In this document: positions 10,910-23,901 of the stretch, in pieces
Numbering within the stretch: the first letter of the stretch is position 1
How the letters are laid out: each line of letters starts with the position of its first letter
NCBI RefSeq assembly: GCF_004010195.1
Contig: NC_057716.1
Location: forward strand, 104,808,822-104,871,088
DNA from: Chiloscyllium plagiosum
Taxonomy: Eukaryota
Reading direction: 5' to 3'
DNA: 62,267 nt
Notes under the pieces: model-generated
Told to the model about the DNA's origin: nothing
Seen by the model: the letters and a program-made list of their open reading frames with translations, nothing else
Databases searched by the model: none
Made by a program: the position numbers and the translations under genes

Positions 10910-11929
10910 CTCCTGTTCCCTGGATGCTGCCTGACCTGCTGTGCTGTTCCAGCAATAAAGTTTCAACCCAGTGGTTCCTCCCCAGGTTGTTGGATAATCC
11001 AATCCCAGATTCTGCGCAAAATCAATTCGAGACACTGCTTTGTATCTTAAATAAGACTGAGCAATTTAATAACAAATATCATAACTTTAGCAGAACAAAC
11101 TTTAAACAGCAAGATAATCTAACTGATGTACACCTATGAAAATCACTTGTTTTCAGTCCCAGTCACTGACTGACAGACCAACAACCGAATGTAGTTAAAG
11201 GATAAATCTGATGTCATGAAATCCCTCAGGGCACCCCTCACCCTTTCTTCCAAACAGCAGGGAAAATAGCCCCAGCCTCTTCCTATAGCTGAACAAACTG
11301 GCCAGGTTGTTTCCTGAGTTTTTAATGTGTTGTTCCACAGATATAGATGGGGCGTCTGTTGATTTTTTTTTTATTATTCTGAAGGTGGCAATCAGGGTTA
11401 TCCTTCCAGTTTGCTCAGATAAAAGCAGTATTCTCAACTTGCAAGAGCTGCCGATGTAGGGGTCGGGGGGGGACCTGCTTTGAAATTGTCATGAAATTCC
11501 TTTTTACACAAAACAGTCCAAAACCTAGTTCAAATTCTGACCACTCACTGACCGTCTCGTCCACTCAGTCCTAGTTACCATTCAATGTCGTCTGCTTGAG
11601 CTTGAGGTCACTTCCAGACTTGCCGGAACCAATTCCCAAGTATTGGCCTTGTTAATTCTGCTCTCTGTTTGAATGTATTGCTTTTCTCCAGCGATGAAGG
11701 GGCATCTGCAGAACCTTCTGATCAGATAGCAATCTGCAGTTAACATCCAGGTCTGGCCTGACCAACAAACACAAAAAAGCCTGTTTGGTCGGTTTTGCCT
11801 ATCACCAAACACACTCTCGCCCACAGCCCAAAAGTCCATTTTGGCTCTCGGTTCTCAGCTCCAAGCCAAAACTGGTAAATATTAATAAAATGAAGAAAAA
11901 AAAAATCAGTGAGGGTTCAAAGAGTGGAG

Positions 11930-12185
11930 GAAGCAATTCTTTGTACCTAACTCTGTGCAATACCTCTCCTGGGAATGTTTGGGGATGGTGCAGAGAGAGA
12001 GAGGACTTTACTCTGTACCTCGACCCACGCTGTACCAGTCCTAGGAGTGTTTTGACTATCAGCGCAGAAGATGCTTGAAATGGGATGGGATGATGTGGAG
12101 GAAGCTTTACTTACCTAACCTCGTCCTGTCCCTGTCCTCTGGGAGTATTTGATGGGGACAGTGTAGAGGAAGCTTTACTTGGTGT
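11930..12185 (+). repeat. Degenerate satellite of about 65-70 bp
   Basis: Recurrent ctttactctgtacct..cctgggagtgtttgatggggacagtgtagagg. Confidence 0.65.
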
Positions 12186-12877
12186 CTGTCTCAGAGTCCA
12201 CCCAAGCTCAGGAGCGTGTGATGTGAAGTGTGTTGGCGAAGGTGTCCTGCGCTTGAACCTGGAATCAGTCAGTGGCCCTTCTGATGAGGCAAGTTTTGGA
12301 CAGACTTGGCTTGTATCTGCTGGGCAGTTTGAGTTGAAAAATGCAGCGCTGGAAAAGCGCAGCAGGTCAGGCAGCATCCAAGGAACAGGAGAATCGATGT
12401 TATGGGCATAAGCCCTTTGTCAGGAATGTGGGGTAAGGGGGCTGAGGTAAATGTGGGGTGGAGCTGGCAAGGTTGATGGGGTGGTGATTAAGTATGGACA
12501 CACTGATTGGTGTTGAAGGTGGTGAGGGGGCTTTTGAAAGGGAGGTTGTGCAGAGGTGGGTTTTTTTTTTCTTGTGAAAGAGCAGAGAACTAGGGATCAC
12601 CGTTTCAAATAAGGTGTCGGCCACCCCTTGTGATTGAGATGAAAACGTTTGTGTCCCGAGTCTTTGGAACTTTCTGGAAAGGTGGCGGAAGCTGAGATTG
12701 AGCACTTGTAATGCAGGTTAATTTGAGCCTCTGTTAACAAGGGGTGGAAGGTAATCAGGAGCAGACAGGAATGTGGCTTGGAGCCTAAATGGTTCAGTCA
12801 TGATGAACCGGCTTCCTGTTTCTTGGTTGTAGGCACATGTTTCCAGTGTGAATTCTGATGCAAATATTCATTCACGT

Positions 12878-13365
12878 AGAACATTCCAGCACAGTACAGG
12901 CCCTTCAGCCCTCGATGATTCCACAGGTCAGTGCAACAATCTGAAGCCCATCTAACCGACACTATTCCATTTTCGTCCATTTGTCTATCCAATGACCATT
13001 TAAGTGCACTTAAAGTTGGTGAGTCTACTGCTGTTGTAGACAGGGCATTCCACACCCTTAGAACTGAGTAAAGAAACTACCTCTGACATCTGCCCTATAC
13101 CTACCATCGTGAATTGAAAGCCAAGTCCCCTCAGGCTAGCTGTTACCATCGGAGGAAAGAAGTGCTCACTGTCCACCCTATCTAACTCTGATTACCTTGT
13201 GTCTCAATTAAGTCACCTCTCAACCACCTTCTCTCTAGCAAAAACAGCCTCCATTCCCTCAGCCTTTCCTCATAAGACCATCCCTCCATTCCTGGTAAAT
13301 CTCCTCTGCACCCTTTCCAAAGCTGCTTATACCCGGCGACCAGAACTGTACATAATACTCCAATT
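12878..13365 (-). mobile_element. CR1 LINE 3' end (second subfamily)
   Basis: SYEERL..RRWLRGDLIET; WNAL. Confidence 0.8.
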
Positions 13366-13989
13366 CCTGGACACTTACAGCACAGAAGGAGGCCCTTCAA
13401 CCCATCCTGTCTCTGCTGGTCAACAACACCTTGGCTGCACTGATCCGGTTTTGTATTGGCTTTTGGCCCATATTTATGAAGGCTATAGGAGCACAAGGCA
13501 ATATCAAAGTGCTGCTGAAATGTTCACGCAAGTTTCTGACTCACCCACCCCTTTCGGGCAGTGATTTCCAACCACCCATCTACCAGTGGAAATAAAAATT
13601 CTCCTTGCCTCTTGTGTTAGCCTTCTAACTCTTGCCTTAACTCCAAACATCCTGCTGGTTTCTCATCCTTCCATTAACTGGAAGCTGCCTGTCACAGTCC
13701 AATGCAGCTTGGCATCCATTTCCCACCTTGCCCCCCCATCCTTTGCCCCAAGGGAAATAATCTCAGCCTGTCCAGTCTTTTCTTGTGTCAAAGACCCTTT
13801 GGCTCAGGCAGCATCCTGGGGTTGCTCTCTCTCTCTCTCTCTCAAGCAGGTTGGTAGTTGCACTCAGTCATTTTGCTATTGGAAGTTTGAGCAGGAGTGT
13901 GTTCTGGCAGCAAGTTTGAACATGGCAGCCTGCTCTCGGAGCTCCCTGTTGGCATCAGTGATCGCCTCGTGACTGTCTAGGACTTGCCA

Positions 13990-16470
13990 TGGGTTGGCAG
14001 GCAACGGGTGAGAGTGCCTGTGCTCTGACCCCTCGTGCTACAGATTTTTCCAAAGGAAACTTTGTCCCCAGCCTGTACAGTGTACTCACCGACATCTCGA
14101 AGGAAGGTAAAGTTGTCCTATTCTTGAGACTTCCAGCGCTAGGGTCCGAAAGGAAAGCATTGCAACTCCAGCAGCATCCTCCCGCTCGCCCAAATGTGTG
14201 GAACCCCAACTGGGCGACACCAACATGCCACTCCGCCAGAGAAATGGGTTTGAGACTTCCCCGAGGCACCTGTGGTCAACTGTGGCGTTGTTCAGTCCCG
14301 ACTCCAGAAGGGTGCCCAACTGGTGGACCGACCACCAACTCCAGTGCCCAGCAAATGCCCCAGAAGTGATGGTAAGCTTCCTTCCAGCTTCAGCCAAGTG
14401 GCTTAGAGCCAAGCAGGAGGGCAAACGTGCAGCGATGTTGTCACCGAAGTCTGCAAAGAGCTTTTCTTTCAGAGTCGTCGAAGGAATCTGAAACGAGCTG
14501 AAGACTACCATTGTTGTGTGCTGTGAAGAAACCAGGGCTATGATCCCAGGGAGCGTTCAGAATGAGCTTGGTACAACAGCGAAGCCAGGAGGGAAATAGA
14601 GAGCCAGTGGTGGTCCGAGGAAAGCGAAGGAGCTGCAGTTCCTCACCTGGGTTAAGGCAGGGCCATCGAGATACCGTACGGACCCTTGGTCCCAAACCGA
14701 GGTGGAGTAAGTACAGCCCCCTTCTGGGTGACTGAAGACATCAGCCTCCGATGGAGCTAACGCTCCAAATAACTCCGAAAGCATGGTGCAATCAGGTGTT
14801 GGAGGGAATATCCCCAAGCAAAGGCGGGTCTTGGACTGCCACATGGTGTGGCGGATGCTGAAGCTTCTCTCTTCGAGGAGGTGCTGGGATACCAGCAGGG
14901 TTTTTCCACTTGGGGAGGAGCAGAGCTTACCTGTCATCTGTGTCAGGGGAAAGGGAGGACTGCAGATGCCCCCTCAGTGCGTTTCAGAGGACATCTCCAG
15001 GATGCCCGCACCAACCAACCCCACTGCCCCTTGACCAAACACTTCAACTCCCCTCTCCCACTCTGCCGAGGACCTGCAGGTCCTGGGATGCCTCCATCGC
15101 CACTCCCTCACCACCCGCCACCTGGAGGAGGAACGCTTCATCTTCCACCTTGGGACCCTCCAACCACCCTGCATCAATGTGGATTTTGACCAGTCTCCTC
15201 ATTTTCCCCTCCCCCCACCTAATCTCAGTCCAACTCCGTGCCACCCTCCTGACCTGTCCACCTTCCTTCCCACCTTGTCTGCACCACCCTCTTCTCCGAC
15301 CTATCGCCATTGCCCCCACCTCTCTCTACCTATCGCGCTCTCAGCCACCCCACTCCCACTTATCTCGCACCCCACCAGCCCACAAGCCTCATTCCTGATG
15401 AAGGGCTCTCACCCAGAAGGTCCACTGTCCTGCTCCTTGGATGCTGCCTGACCAGCTGTGCTTTTCCAGCACCACACTAGAGGCTGTCATCCCTGTCAAT
15501 TCCCGCAAAGCTTTTGCGAAGACAAACTCTGCCGTTGCCACTGCCTTCAGGAAAAGGGGACCAAGTGGGACTATGGAATCACCGTCTTCTTCGCTGTCAG
15601 GAAGTTCATCGTCCAAAGCCTTGCTGCGCTGGAGGTGAGCCGTCTTCTGGTCTCGGGGAATCCTTCCTGAAAGCTAGTATGGCTTCTAACCAAACCACGG
15701 GCATGATGTTTCACTGCTGAGTAACTCTTGGTGGTGCCAGGAACAAGACCGACCAGTCTGTGTGGCCACCTTCAATCCAAACCAGGCTTTTGGTTCAGTC
15801 GGTCGGATAGCATGAAGGAAGGGCCTGTCCAAGGGCTGCCTGCTGAAATTCATCGACATGCTCCGATTACCTCCACGCCAATGGCAATGGTCCTCCTCTG
15901 TGTGTCAGGTGACAGCATCCTTTTGTGGTCACGATGGGTCAGGCAAGAATGTGGCTTTGTCTCCCCCTGCCCCATCTTCAATACCACTGTTCTTGCCAAG
16001 AGCCAGCTTCGTTGTGAGGTGGCCGTCGCCTCCAGGTTGGACGGGGTGGTATCCAAGAAGAGAACAGCACTCCCTTCCCTTTTGGTATGCAGGTCTCTGC
16101 TGTTCCAGAAGAGAAAGCTCGCCTAATACACTCCTCAGTGCACACTTCCACGACTGTGTCTCAGCCTTGATCCTTTACCAACTCAGTCCAGTCCATCCCT
16201 CCCACTAAGATCGATGGGGCGATCCTCCCAAATGTGCAGCATGCCCTCCCCTTTCCCCTTGTCAAAGGCTGACATCAATGTAGAGATTCAAACATGGCAG
16301 CCTAATCTGTGCGTGCTGCCTCGGAGTGCTTACAGATGAGGGTCTGCGATGACTGACTGTGGTATCCGTGCTGATACCAAGACCCTGCTGGAAAAAGGCA
16401 GTCACTCCCCTGTATGGCTCTGAAACCTGGACTACATACAGATGCCAGCTCCAGACCTTTCAAAGTACCA
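13990..16470 (+). mobile_element. Highly decayed RTE-clade LINE (endonuclease end to RT C-terminus)
   Basis: Frameshifted RTE motifs in the expected order: WTDH (about 14325), QWWSE/KAKELQ and YGP (14605-14685), ILPES*YGF (15660), GC.LKFIDMLRL (15835), GVRQ.C (15937), KADI..EIQ (16265), LYGSETWTTYR (16410). Confidence 0.8.
14939..15483 (+). mobile_element. Penelope-like 3' fragment with family A terminus, inserted in RTE
   Basis: RFRGHL..HFNS..EEERFIFHLGTLQP segment; degenerate hammerhead at 15395; TSD ctgtcatc at 14931-14938 and 15484-15491. Confidence 0.8.
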
Positions 16471-17219
16471 TCTCTGTATTTTGAAGCCAATTGGTTCACA
16501 CCATCTGGGAGGGCCGTGGTACTGACCTCAGCAAACCTGTGTCCTGGGAGAGGTTTGGGATGGTGTCGAGGGAGCTTCACACTCCCACCATCTCCATGGT
16601 GTACCTGATCCTGGGAGTGTTTGAGGGTACTGTAGAGGAGGCTCCAGGACCCCTTTTGATCAGGTGCTGGCCGGGCGCTTGCGAAATAAGCGAAGAGCCC
16701 ATGGTGTTTGGGAAAAGGCACTGGCATGAGTAGAGGACTGGCTGACTGGCAGAGAGCAGGGATAAAGGGGTTGTCTTCCAGTTGGCAGCTGGCGGCAAGT
16801 GGAGTACCACAAGGGTGAGTGCTGGGGCCACACTATGTTCACCTTCCATATTAATGGTGTGGACAAAGGAACCGAGGGCGTTGTTGCTAAGTTGGCACAT
16901 GACGCCAAGATGGGTGGGGTGACAGGTAAAGTTGAGGAAGCTGGGAAGGACTTGGAGAGGCAAGGAGAGTGAGCAAAGAACCAGCAGATGGAATACAACA
17001 TGGGCAAATGTGAGGTTGTGTACTTTAATTTGTGATTGCGACATGTGGCGAGATACAGTGAAAAGTGGTGTTTTGCATGTGATTTGTACCAGTGCGTTTC
17101 AGCCCCAGAGTACAGAGCAGTCAGTTAACATTGAGAGGAAGTACAAGAGGTGGAGACTATTTTTCTAAACCAGGAATGGGTTCAGAAATCTCCAACACAA
17201 GGGGACTTTGGTCCTCTAG

Positions 17220-18745
17220 AGCATAGAACGTTCCAGTGCAGTACTTTGGCCCTCTACACTGCGCTGGCCTGCAAAAATAATCTGCCCATCTAACCTACAG
17301 TGTTCCATTATTATCCATATGTCTGACCAATGCCCTTTAACGTCGGCGAGTCTACTACTGTTGCAGGCAGGCCATTCCACGCCCCTTCCTCTGGGTAAAG
17401 AAACTCCCCCTAATATCTGTCCTCAATCTGTCACCCCTCAGTTTAAAGCAATGTCCCCTCGTGCTAGCCATCACCATCTGAGGAAAAAGGATCTCACTGT
17501 CCACCCTATCTAACCCTCTGATTATCTTCTATGTCTCAATTAAGTCACCTCTCAACCTTCTCTCCAATGAAAACAACCTCCGTTCCCTCAGCCTTTCCTC
17601 ATAAGACCGTCCCTCCATACCAGGCAACATCCTAGTAAATCTCCTGTGAATCCTTTTCCAAAGCTTCCACACCCTTCCTGTAATACAGTGACCAGAACTG
17701 GACACAATACTGCAGGTGCAGCCACACCAGTGTCTTGTACAGCTGTCGCATAACCTCATGACACTGAAACTGAATCCCCCCTCCCAATAAGGTTAGGTGA
17801 ATTGGCCATGCTAAATTGCCTGCAGTGTTGGGTGCAGGGGTAAACGTAGGGGGATGGCTCTGGGTGGGTGCGCTTCGGCGGGTCGGTGTGGACTTGTTGG
17901 GCCGAAGGGCCTGTTTCCACACTGTAAGTAATCTAAAACCATCTAAATAAATGCCAACACACCATATGCTGCCTTAACAACCCTATCAACCTGGGTGGTA
18001 ACTTTCAAGGATCGATGTACATGGGCATCTACACTGCAAAAAGCTTTACCATTAGCCCAATGCTCTACATTCCTGTTACTCCTTCCAAAGTGAATCACCT
18101 CCCCCTTTTCCACAATAAGCTCCACTTGCCACCTCTCCGCCCAGTTCTGCAGCTTATCTATGTCCCTCTGTAACATACAACATCCTTCAGCACTATCCAC
18201 AACTCCACTGACCTGAGTGTCATCCACAAATTTACTAACCCATCCTTCTACGCCCTCATCCATATCACTTATAAAAATGACAAGCAGCAGTGGCCCCAAA
18301 ACCGCTCCTTTCAGCACACCACTAGTAACTGTGCTCCAGGATGAACGTTACCCATCCACCACCCCCCCCTTTGTCTTTCAGCTTGCCAATGTCCGATCCA
18401 AACCGCTAAATCCCTCTCGATCCCCAAACTTGGTATTTTGTGAAGTAGCCTACCATGTGGAACCTTATCAAACTCGTTACTGAAGTCTATATACCCCACA
18501 GCAACCACTTCCCCCTCATCTACCTGTTTTGTTACCTTCTCCAAGAACTCCATAAGGTTAGTGAAGTGCGACCTACCCTTTACAAAACGGTGTTGACTAT
18601 CCCTAAACAACTTATTCCTTTCCTGATGATTCTAAATCCTCTGTTACAACCTTTTCCAACACCTTACCCACACCCGAAGTAAGGCTCACTGGCCTATAGT
18701 TACCAGGGTTGTCCTGACTCCCCTCCTTAAACAAGGGAGCAACGT
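17220..18745 (-). mobile_element. CR1 LINE RT region and 3' end, with an HE1 tail inserted at about 17790-17937
   Basis: DSQHRFVKGRS, IDFSNEFDKVPHGRL, AVLGPLLLVIFI, SKFVDDT. Confidence 0.9.
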
Positions 18746-19399
18746 TTGTATCCTCCAGCCTTCTCTTGTGCCAGAAGACTGGAGGATGGCAAATGCTGTC
18801 AGCTTGGTCCTAGTTCAGGATTTTCTTAATGTTAACGTGCAGGTTGAGTTGGCTGTTTGGAAGGTAAATGCGGTGTTAGCCTCCATTTCAAAAGGAATAC
18901 CAGAGCAGGGATGTCCTGCTGAGGCTGGACCCAGCTCCGGTTAGACCGCGTTTGGGATATAGAGGGCCCAGAATAGCTCACTATCAGTGGAAAGATGTAC
19001 TACCGTTGAAGAGGGTAAAGAGGAGCTTTATCAGAATGATCCTGGGGATGACAGGCTTGTCCTTTAAGGAGCAGTTGAGAGCTCTGGGTCTGTACTGGAT
19101 GGAGGTTTAGAAGGATGAGGAAGATCTGTCTGAAACGTGCAGAACACAGAGGCCTGGATAGAGCAGACTGGGGTGAGGTGGGGGGGGGGGAAACGATGGT
19201 TCCACCAGGAGCAAAGACTAGGCACAGCCTCAGTTAACTGAGATCAGGAGGAATAGACCTGAGGTAGAGGGTGCCGAGTCTGTGTGGAGACCAAGTTATT
19301 GAAGACTGAGGCAGGTCCTTGAGTGAGGGTAACAGGGAGAAGGCAGGAGAACTGGGTTGATCGTGACCCAGTGATGGTCTCGCGTCCCAATGTGCATGT

Positions 19400-19830
19400 C
19401 ACTGATGAACCACTTGATCATTCCCCCTCGCTGGTCCCCTGCATTGTTTCCACTGATCCGACATCCTCTATTCCTTTACCATTGCTTCCTGCCTCCCCGC
19501 TAATGTTAAGATTGTGTGATGCTTTGCCCTGGGTTTGAGAGACTCTTTGACCAATCTGACTCCATGGAGGGACCTTGTCAAAAGCCTTGCTCGAGGCCCC
19601 GTCGACAACCTTCAATGTATTGCCCTCATCGATGCTCCTGGGTATGGTCTCAAAGTCCAGTTGGTCAAACTCCACCTTCCTTTCTCAAATCTGCTGACTG
19701 TCCCTGAATAATCTATCTCAGAGGCTGTCCATCAATGTTTTCTTAATAACTTTCCTACCAGTATGGTTCGACCGACTGGCTTGTATTTTGCTGCCCCATT
19801 ATTAACAAGGGGAAATGTTAGCAGTCCTGA
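19400..19830 (-). mobile_element. Decayed CR1 RT fragment
   Basis: SKAFDKVP in ORF 19418-19675. Confidence 0.65.
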
Positions 19831-20139
19831 CCCCTCTCCTGTGGTCAGAGGGGTTTGGAAAATTCCTGCCGCTGCCCCTGATCTGTCCTTGGCAGGATGC
19901 TAAACCTGCCAGCACCTTCTGTGTTTCCTGATGCCTGTAACTTTTTCCACCTCCTTGTTGGGGAAATGTAAATCAAGCTATTGTGCAAACAGAAGATTAA
20001 ATCACCTATCAGTTCGAGACAATCCTTTTTCAACCTTCTACATTCCAGGGAGTTCTGTTTTTGTGTAATCTCCTCGTAACTTGACTCTTGAAATCCAGGT
20101 ACTGTTCTAGTAAACTAAGTGTGCTGCCTCCAACACTGG

Positions 20140-20767
20140 TTAGATTTGATTCCCTACAGTATGGAAACAGGTCATTCAGGCCAACAGCTCCACACTGACC
20201 CCTCCAAAGAGTAACGCACTCAGACCCATTCCCCTACCCTAGATTTACCTTTGACTATGGGTAATTCAGCACGGCCAATCCACCCTAACCTGCACATCCC
20301 TGAGCACTGTGGGTAATTTAGCACGGCCAACCCACCCTAACCTGCACATCCCTGGGCACTATGGGTAATTTAGCACGGCCAGCCCACCCTAACCTGCACA
20401 TCCCTGGACACCATGGGTAATTTAGCACGGCCAATCCACCCTAACCGACACATTCCTGTGCACTATGGGTAATTTAGCATGGCCAATCCACCCTACCCTG
20501 CATATTCCTGTGCACTATGGGTAATTTAGCATGGCCAATCCACCCTACCCTGCACAACCCTGAACACTATGGGGTAATTTCCCATGGCCAATCCACCCTG
20601 ACCTGCACATCTTTGGACTGTGGGAGGAAACCGGAGCACCCGGAGGAAACCCACTCAGACACTGGGAGACTGTGCAAACTCCACACAGTTACTCAGGGCG
20701 GGAATCGAACCGGGCTCCCTGGTACTGTGAGGCTGCAGTGCTAACCACTGAGTCGCCGTGCCGCCCC
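20140..20767 (-). mobile_element. HE1 SINE with an internal 52-bp tandem expansion (about 7 units)
   Basis: Repeated ctatgggtaatttagcatggccaatccaccctaacctgcacatccctg between tail and head. Confidence 0.88.
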
Positions 20768-22019
20768 GAGATCTCTTTCCTGTTGGGTAATGCCCAGACC
20801 TGCTTCCGGTCTCTCCGGGGTATAGTCCGACGATGTTTTGTGGAGATGAAACTTGATTTCCACTTTCTCATGTTCTTGTCCTTTAGATGGAAGGTCCTTT
20901 TTTGTATTTAAAAGAAAAAAAAAAATTCTTAACTAAAAAACAAACCAACTAATGGTCGATTAGATGGAGTAACTGGAATGTGTGGCGAGTTGAAACACAA
21001 GGCTGATTGCTGTGTCCGTATTGGGACGGGGTTGTGTGTAAATGACTCCAGTTGTAGTGTGTCCCCAAATTTGAAACACTTGTGGGGGATGCCAGATTTG
21101 GAGGTGTGACAGTGTAATGCCAACACACACACACACACACACACTGTCTGACAGATGGAGTTTAATACTGAGAAACGTGAGGTGATGTGTTTTGACAGTA
21201 GGGATGAGAGAGAGAGAGGGGTGGGAGGTAACAGTTGTGAAAAGGATGCAGCAACTCTGAGGGGGTGAGCATCAATCTTTTGAAGGAGGGACGACTTGTT
21301 TGAAAGATAAATCTGCAGGGTCCTGGCTTTGATGCGACCGGGCATTTGAACTGAAGCTTTCCAGTTTGGACAGAGTGTCTGGCAGCATCAGTGGAGCGAG
21401 GAAACAGCGGGCATTTCAAGTCCAGCGTGACTCCTTCCAAGCTGGGTGGGGCCCACATTCCAGTTCTCGGTCCCACCCTTCAGAAAAGACCCGAGGGTCC
21501 CTGAGGGGGTGTGAATGGAGATTGGAACCATGTGTTGGGGGGGGGGGGGGAGGGGAGGGGGTGTGGAACCTTGCTCTCCAGAGCCCGTTTTGGAGAAGCT
21601 AAGCTGGTTATCCTCAGTGGAGGGGTGGTTTTTAGATTTGAGGGTAACCTGAAACTCGTGCTGTCCTGGTTTACAGAAGGAAAGCTGTTCCCATCAGTTG
21701 AGATGGCACAAGGCCTGGGCAGGAGAGGCTCTCGCGCTCGCTCTCGCTCAATGCTGCTGGTGACTGGTTCCTTGTGAAAGGAGAACAGATGAAGGCCTGA
21801 GGGGGAAATAAACTTGCAAGATCTGTAGGGGTGGGAGAGGGAGTGCAGGGTAACTGGGGGCACTCTGGAATTCTCTAGAGGTCCACATGGGCGAAATGTG
21901 CCACGATGTATCTGCTGTCTCTCGAATTCCTTCAGTCCAATGGAGCTGAATCCTGTGCTCTGGAAGGCTCAGTCATTGATCCTTTCAAGAGGGGTGATTA
22001 GGATTGGGATTTCATTGAA

Positions 22020-22700
22020 GCATAGAATCCCTACAGCATGGAAGGATTGGCCATTTGGCCCATTGAGTCCACACTGACCCCTCTACTTATAACTCCATAA
22101 TTCCCATGGCTAAACGTCCTAACCTCCACATCCCTGAACACTATGGGGTAATTTAGCGTGGCCAATCACCCTAACCTGCACATCCTTGGGCACTATGGGG
22201 TAATTTAGCATGGCCAATCCACCCTAACCTGCACATCCCTGAACCTATGGGTAATTTAGCATGGCCAATCCACCCTAACCTGCACATCCATGAGCACTAT
22301 GGGTAATTTAGCATAGCCAATCCACCCTAACCTGCACATCCCTGAGCACTATGGGTAATTTAGCACGGCCAATCCACCCTAACCTGCACATCCCTGAGCA
22401 CTACGGGTAATTTAGCACGGCCAATCCACCCTAACCTGCACATCCCTGTACACTATGGGTAATTTAGCATGGCCAATCCACCCTAACCTACACATCCCTG
22501 AGCACTATGGGGTAATTTAGCATGGCCAATCTACCCTAACATGCAGATCATTGGGTTGTGGGAGAAAACCGGGGCACCCGGAGGAAACCCACGCAGACAC
22601 TGAGAATGTGCAAACTCCACACGGACAGTCACCCGAGGCTGGAACCAATCCCTGGCACGATGTGGCAGCAGTGCTGACCACTGTATCACTGTGCTATCCC
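22020..22700 (-). mobile_element. HE1 SINE with an internal 52-bp tandem expansion (about 8 units)
   Basis: Same unit, repeated over about 22105-22545. Confidence 0.88.
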
Positions 22701-23146
22701 GGTTTCTTGATTGGTACTTCGCTTCTTATCTCTGTCCAAAATCTGGGATATCTGCAATTTAGTTTCAAAAGATCTTTTTTGCTTTTGAAATACAGAAAAT
22801 TAGACATTCCATGACCAGTTTTTTTCCACCTTGGTCTTTTTAAGAACCCAGCATCATTAGCTGACCGTTTTCTTTTTTAAAGCAGGGTTTTGTGTAGCTC
22901 GGGTTACTGGACGTAATGAGTTTTTTTTTTGGTCTGATCGGTGGTTTCTAATCACTCAATGGTGGGCAGTCTCCAGGGCGCACCCTACAGGACGAAGCGC
23001 AGCAATGCAGGCAGCAGACTGCAGTCTTTCAAGCTGCATTGGTGGGAGGGCCGAAGGTTCCTGGCCTTGTGTGGCATTTTCACGTAATTCTGTCTGTGTT
23101 CCCTAGGCTCTGCTAACCTGTGGATCACCTTGAGGCACGTGGCAAG

Positions 23147-23195
23147 ATGGGGGACAGGGGCAGTGAATTAGATCTGAAGCCTGACTTCAGGAATG
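23147..23195 (+). CDS. DCAF8: DCAF8 coding exon 1 (MGDRGSELDLKPDFRNG); exon begins at 23107
   Basis: Acceptor ccctag at 23101-23106, ATG in the context gcaagATGg, donor G|gtagg at 23196. The 16 codons + 1 nt splice in frame to GSLSSSPE, matching the layout of the human N-terminus (MSSKGSSTDGRTDLANG|SLSSSPE). Confidence 0.85.
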
Positions 23196-23279
23196 GTAGG
23201 TGAAGAACTCTGTACCTTTTCAATCTGGCGTCCCCTGCTATCAATACCCCTCTTGCCGCCCCCCCCCCCGTCCCAAACC

Positions 23280-23520
23280 TTCCCAGTCCCTGTAACCCTG
23301 CATTTCCCATGGCGAGCATGCCAACTCTGCACGTCTGTGGGTGCTGCGGGACAATTTCCCCAAGGCCAATCCACCCTAACCTGTACATCTTTGGATTGAG
23401 GGAGGGAACCCACACAGACATGGAGGAGAATGTGCAAACTCTACACAGACATTCTCCCGAGGCTGGAAGTGAACCTGGGACCCTGGCACTGTGAGGCAGC
23501 GGTGCCAGCCACCGTGCTGC
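23280..23520 (-). mobile_element. HE1 SINE variant in the first coding intron of DCAF8
   Basis: HE1 head and core; a similar variant segment lies at 2325-2410. Confidence 0.75.
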
Positions 23521-23901
23521 TCACCGGCAGTTTGTCTGCCTTGGTTGTTGCCGTGCCCACCCCCACTCCGGGCAGAGCCCACACTGTGTGCTCTGCTAAC
23601 CTGACTGGCAGCTCCTCCTGTGCTGTTCCCCGGTCCCAGTACCCGCTGCATGGCTCTGACTGCCCTGAGGTCGGGTTCACCCCTGACCTGGCTGCCGCCT
23701 CCTCTCTCTGAGACCAATCGCCCGCCCCACGGCAGCCCCCAGTCCAGCCAAACTCCCCTCTCTCTTACGGTTGAACGTCCCTCCGTTGTCGATTGGGTGG
23801 GAGGTGGTCTGGAGGGAGGGGAGTGTGGAGCTCGGTGTCGGGAGCAGTCGCCCTTGTTTTCTTTTTTAAAACACCCAAACCTGCCGCTGCTCCCCCCGCA
23901 G

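Larger units (their letters stand above)
10744..10967. mobile_element. Fold-back family A element with a perfect 91-bp inverted repeat
   Basis: Arms at 10781-10871 and 10877-10967 with a 5-nt spacer; TSD ccagtg(a/g)ttcctc at 10731-10743 and 10968-10980. Confidence 0.85.

Noticed and set aside
14086-15616. Long, nearly open minus-strand frame (ORFs 15389-15616, 14557-14937 and 14086-14511 join once the insertion is removed), suggesting an endogenous virus or novel gene
   Set aside because: It is the codon-aligned antisense shadow of the + strand RTE LINE, whose diagnostic motifs (ILPESxxGF, LYGSETW) are present.
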